Shown here: positions 61,102 to 64,000 of the stretch, piece by piece
How the letters are laid out: each line of letters starts with the position of its first letter
How positions within the stretch are numbered: the stretch's first letter is position 1
Assembly (NCBI GenBank): GCA_964016885.1
Contig: OZ024753.1
Coordinates: forward strand, 41,478,001-41,542,000
Length of the DNA stretch: 64,000 nucleotides
Reading direction: 5' to 3'
DNA from: Eledone cirrhosa
Lineage: Eukaryota
The notes under the pieces: generated by a model
What the model saw: the letters and a program-made list of their open reading frames with translations, nothing else
Told to the model about the DNA's origin: nothing
The model's database searches: none
Program-made: the position numbers and the translations under genes

Positions 61102-61102
61102 T

Positions 61103-61139
<37 letters not shown>

Positions 61140-61146
61140 ATCAGGA

Positions 61147-61197
61147 AGCTTCCTGATGATTTCTCACGAATGAAACAGTTCTAGTCCTGTAGAAGCT
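61147..61197 (+). ncRNA. Type I hammerhead ribozyme fold
   Basis: AGCTTC CTGATGA TTTC-tcac-GAAT GAAA CAG-ttctagtc-CTG TA GAAGCT. Confidence 0.78.
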
Positions 61198-61335
61198 CTT
61201 CTCTCTCTATATATATATAGATATATATATATATATACTGTATAACATAATCTTTCTCTATCTCTCTACCTCTATATATATCTATATAGATATATATAGA
61301 GAGATAGATAGAGAGAAAGAGAGAGAAAGAGAGAA

Positions 61336-61390
<55 letters not shown>

Positions 61391-61511
61391 TTGCTATATA
61401 TTATTGGCATATGCTTCAATAAAGCTAATTAGTGAAACCTCTAATTATACTAGAAACAATATGACCTTACAGATATTAATATAAATATGGAAGGTTACTT
61501 TAAGAACTATC

Positions 61512-61590
<79 letters not shown>

Positions 61591-62234
61591 GCAGTCATGC
61601 ATAATTAGTTGATATTTAAATACCATTGAAAGAAACTTTGTTTCTAGGTTAGGAACCGTCTCTCTCTCTCTCTCTCTCTCTCTATGTATCTATCTATCTA
61701 TCTCTCTATCTATCTCTCTCTCCTTCTCTCTCTCTCTCTCTGTATATATATATATATCCCTCTCTCTGGGTGAGAAATAAAAAAAAATAAGTAGTAGTAG
61801 TAGTGATAGTAGTAGTAGTAGTAGTGATAGTAGTAGTAGTAGTACTAGTGATAGTAGTAGTAGTAGTGATAGTAATAATAATAGTAGTGGTAGTAGTGGT
61901 AGTAGCAATAGTAGTAGCAGCAGCAGTAGCAATAGTAGTTTTAGTAGCAGTAGTAGTAGCAATAATGACATCTATATATACATACACACCGTACTTGTAT
62001 ATATACGTCTCTGCGCGCCATTCATACTTATATACATTTTTAATTCTTGTATGTTATGGTTATCATTAATACTGATTCGACGAGGTTAACTTTGCCTTTC
62101 ATCTAAATGGGATCGATAAAATAAAGTACCTGTCACGCACTGGGGTCGATTTAATCGACTTTCCCCTTCCCAAACATTGCTGGCCTTGTGCCTGTATAAG
62201 AAACCATTAATACTTTACCACACGTATTTGCTTA

Positions 62235-62355
<121 letters not shown>

Positions 62356-62558
62356 TGTGTGTGTGTAGAGAGAGAGAACAAAACGTTGTATCTTGCTGCT
62401 ATTTTTAGTGGCGTAGCAAACAACAAGTCTATAATATTCCCACTTTTACTAACGGCCTGTTTATGTGTGGGTCACTTTAACGGCCTGACCTCATACTATC
62501 GGGCAGTAAGCGATATATTTACAAACTGTGAGACTTTACGTCCTATAGAATGGAAATA

Positions 62559-62637
62559 GCTATCTGAAGAGCTGATCTTTCCGTTGGAAATTCTCTGAAT
62601 TTCCAATCTTTTGTGAAGCGAAACCGTCGGTAATAGC
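62559..62637 (+). ncRNA. Type I hammerhead ribozyme fold with extended stem II
   Basis: GCTAT CTGAAGA GCT...(TTGGAAATTC/GAATTTCCAA)...AGC GAAA CCGTCGG TA ATAGC. Confidence 0.8.
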
Positions 62638-62804
62638 ATTTTGGACAGGAATATTTAAATCGTATTTTAATTTATTTAAAAGATTGTTTAATGTTTGCTT
62701 GTTCCGCTCATCTCAATTATATATATATATATATATATATATTAAAGATTACTTTGATTAAATCTTAACTATCTACCATGTAAGGGTTTGTCATGTATCA
62801 TTTT

Positions 62805-62869
62805 ATTTTATCTGATGAGGATGTACTGTTGAACTTAATTCATTACCTCTGAAATATGTATAATAAAAT
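62805..62869 (+). ncRNA. Type I hammerhead ribozyme fold, same family as 29825
   Basis: ATTTTAT CTGATGA GGATGTACTG...CATTACCTCT GAAA TATGTA TA ATAAAAT; flanks are homologous to 29775-29937. Confidence 0.75.
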
Positions 62870-62910
62870 TAAATTGATCACAAGAATATCTATTTTTGTT
62901 AATATTTGAA

Positions 62911-62950
<40 letters not shown>

Positions 62951-62975
62951 CGTATACATATACATATTTATATAT

Positions 62976-63030
<55 letters not shown>

Positions 63031-63037
63031 CGTATAC

Positions 63038-63076
<39 letters not shown>

Positions 63077-63559
63077 CGTATAAATATATATATTTATATA
63101 TAGATATATATATATATGAACGTATACATATATATATTTATATATAGATATCTATATCTATATATTTATATATAGATATAGATATATATATGAACGTATA
63201 CATATATATAGGATCATTAGAACATCTGACTGATAAAATAACTAGTGAGTCTAACATATTGGTGGCCTCCTCACATCCCTATATATACATACATATAGAC
63301 ATCTATACACGCCATATATACATACCATATATACACCATGTATACATACACACTATATGTTACTAATGTATAGATCAGTTCATTAAACTACGTTATCACG
63401 GCAGAAATAAATTCCTTATCATAGAAACCCCCCCCCCCCCCATACACACACCAGCCCCATCCATCTTCGGTCAAACCTCAGACATGATGTCTTGGTTGCA
63501 GGAAGCTACAACTACTATCAAATTACTTACAACGAGCTCAGGATTAATCCTAACACACA

Positions 63560-63615
<56 letters not shown>

Positions 63616-63621
<6 letters not shown>

Positions 63622-63751
63622 TATTTTATAGAAGGAACTTCTACAGGACTAGTACTGTTTCATTCAGATGAAATCTTCAGAGCTTCCTGAAGATTTCATC
63701 TGAATGAAACAGTACTAGTCCTGTAGAAGTTCCTTCTATAAAATAAAAAAA
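63616..63751. mobile_element. Fold-back element with 65-bp arms carrying a hammerhead
   Basis: Arms 63616-63680 / 63687-63751 with a 6-nt spacer; lies between (TA)n runs. Confidence 0.8.
63681..63731 (+). ncRNA. Type I hammerhead ribozyme fold, same family as 61147
   Basis: AGCTTC CTGAAGA TTTC-atct-GAAT GAAA CAG-tactagtc-CTG TA GAAGTT. Confidence 0.75.
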
Positions 63752-63817
63752 TTTTACTCTGCCATGTATTGAGTACCTTACTTACTGTGGTTATCCCCGA
63801 CTCAACCCGGGACCTAC

Positions 63818-63879
<62 letters not shown>

Positions 63880-64000
63880 TCTATCAAGAACAGGTCGTAC
63901 ACAATCACCTTTATGTTCTTTTTGAGACTAACCAGAAACTTCCTGGCCCTATTTATTCCGCCAAGGTCAACATAGTCTTTTATCCCTTCAAGATCAATGA

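Overview
AT-rich, microsatellite-saturated animal genomic DNA; the repeat content suggests a cephalopod, probably octopus (inference). The + strand carries parts of two class B1 (secretin/PTH-receptor-like) GPCR genes: the last three exons of gene A (TM6 to C-terminus, 2515-6103) and nine consecutive, phase-compatible exons of gene B (ECD helix to ICL3, 42548-59914, continuing beyond the window). The rest is introns and intergenic DNA with tRNA-derived SINEs, MITEs, RTE-LINE fragments, a 4.9 kb 24-bp satellite and many microsatellites; almost all ORF-track entries are repeat artefacts. The main unannotated signal is a dense set of type I hammerhead ribozyme (HHR) folds: about 18 loci plus mirror and half copies. 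They lie in short non-coding elements, often long fold-back palindromes beside (TA)n, resembling Penelope-like retroelement termini. Among them are a recurrent pyrimidine mismatch at base pair 4 of stem II, a multi-copy non-canonical core (CAGAAGA...GAAA...CUU) and a U3-A8 core variant. All folds were paired by hand and no activity is demonstrated.
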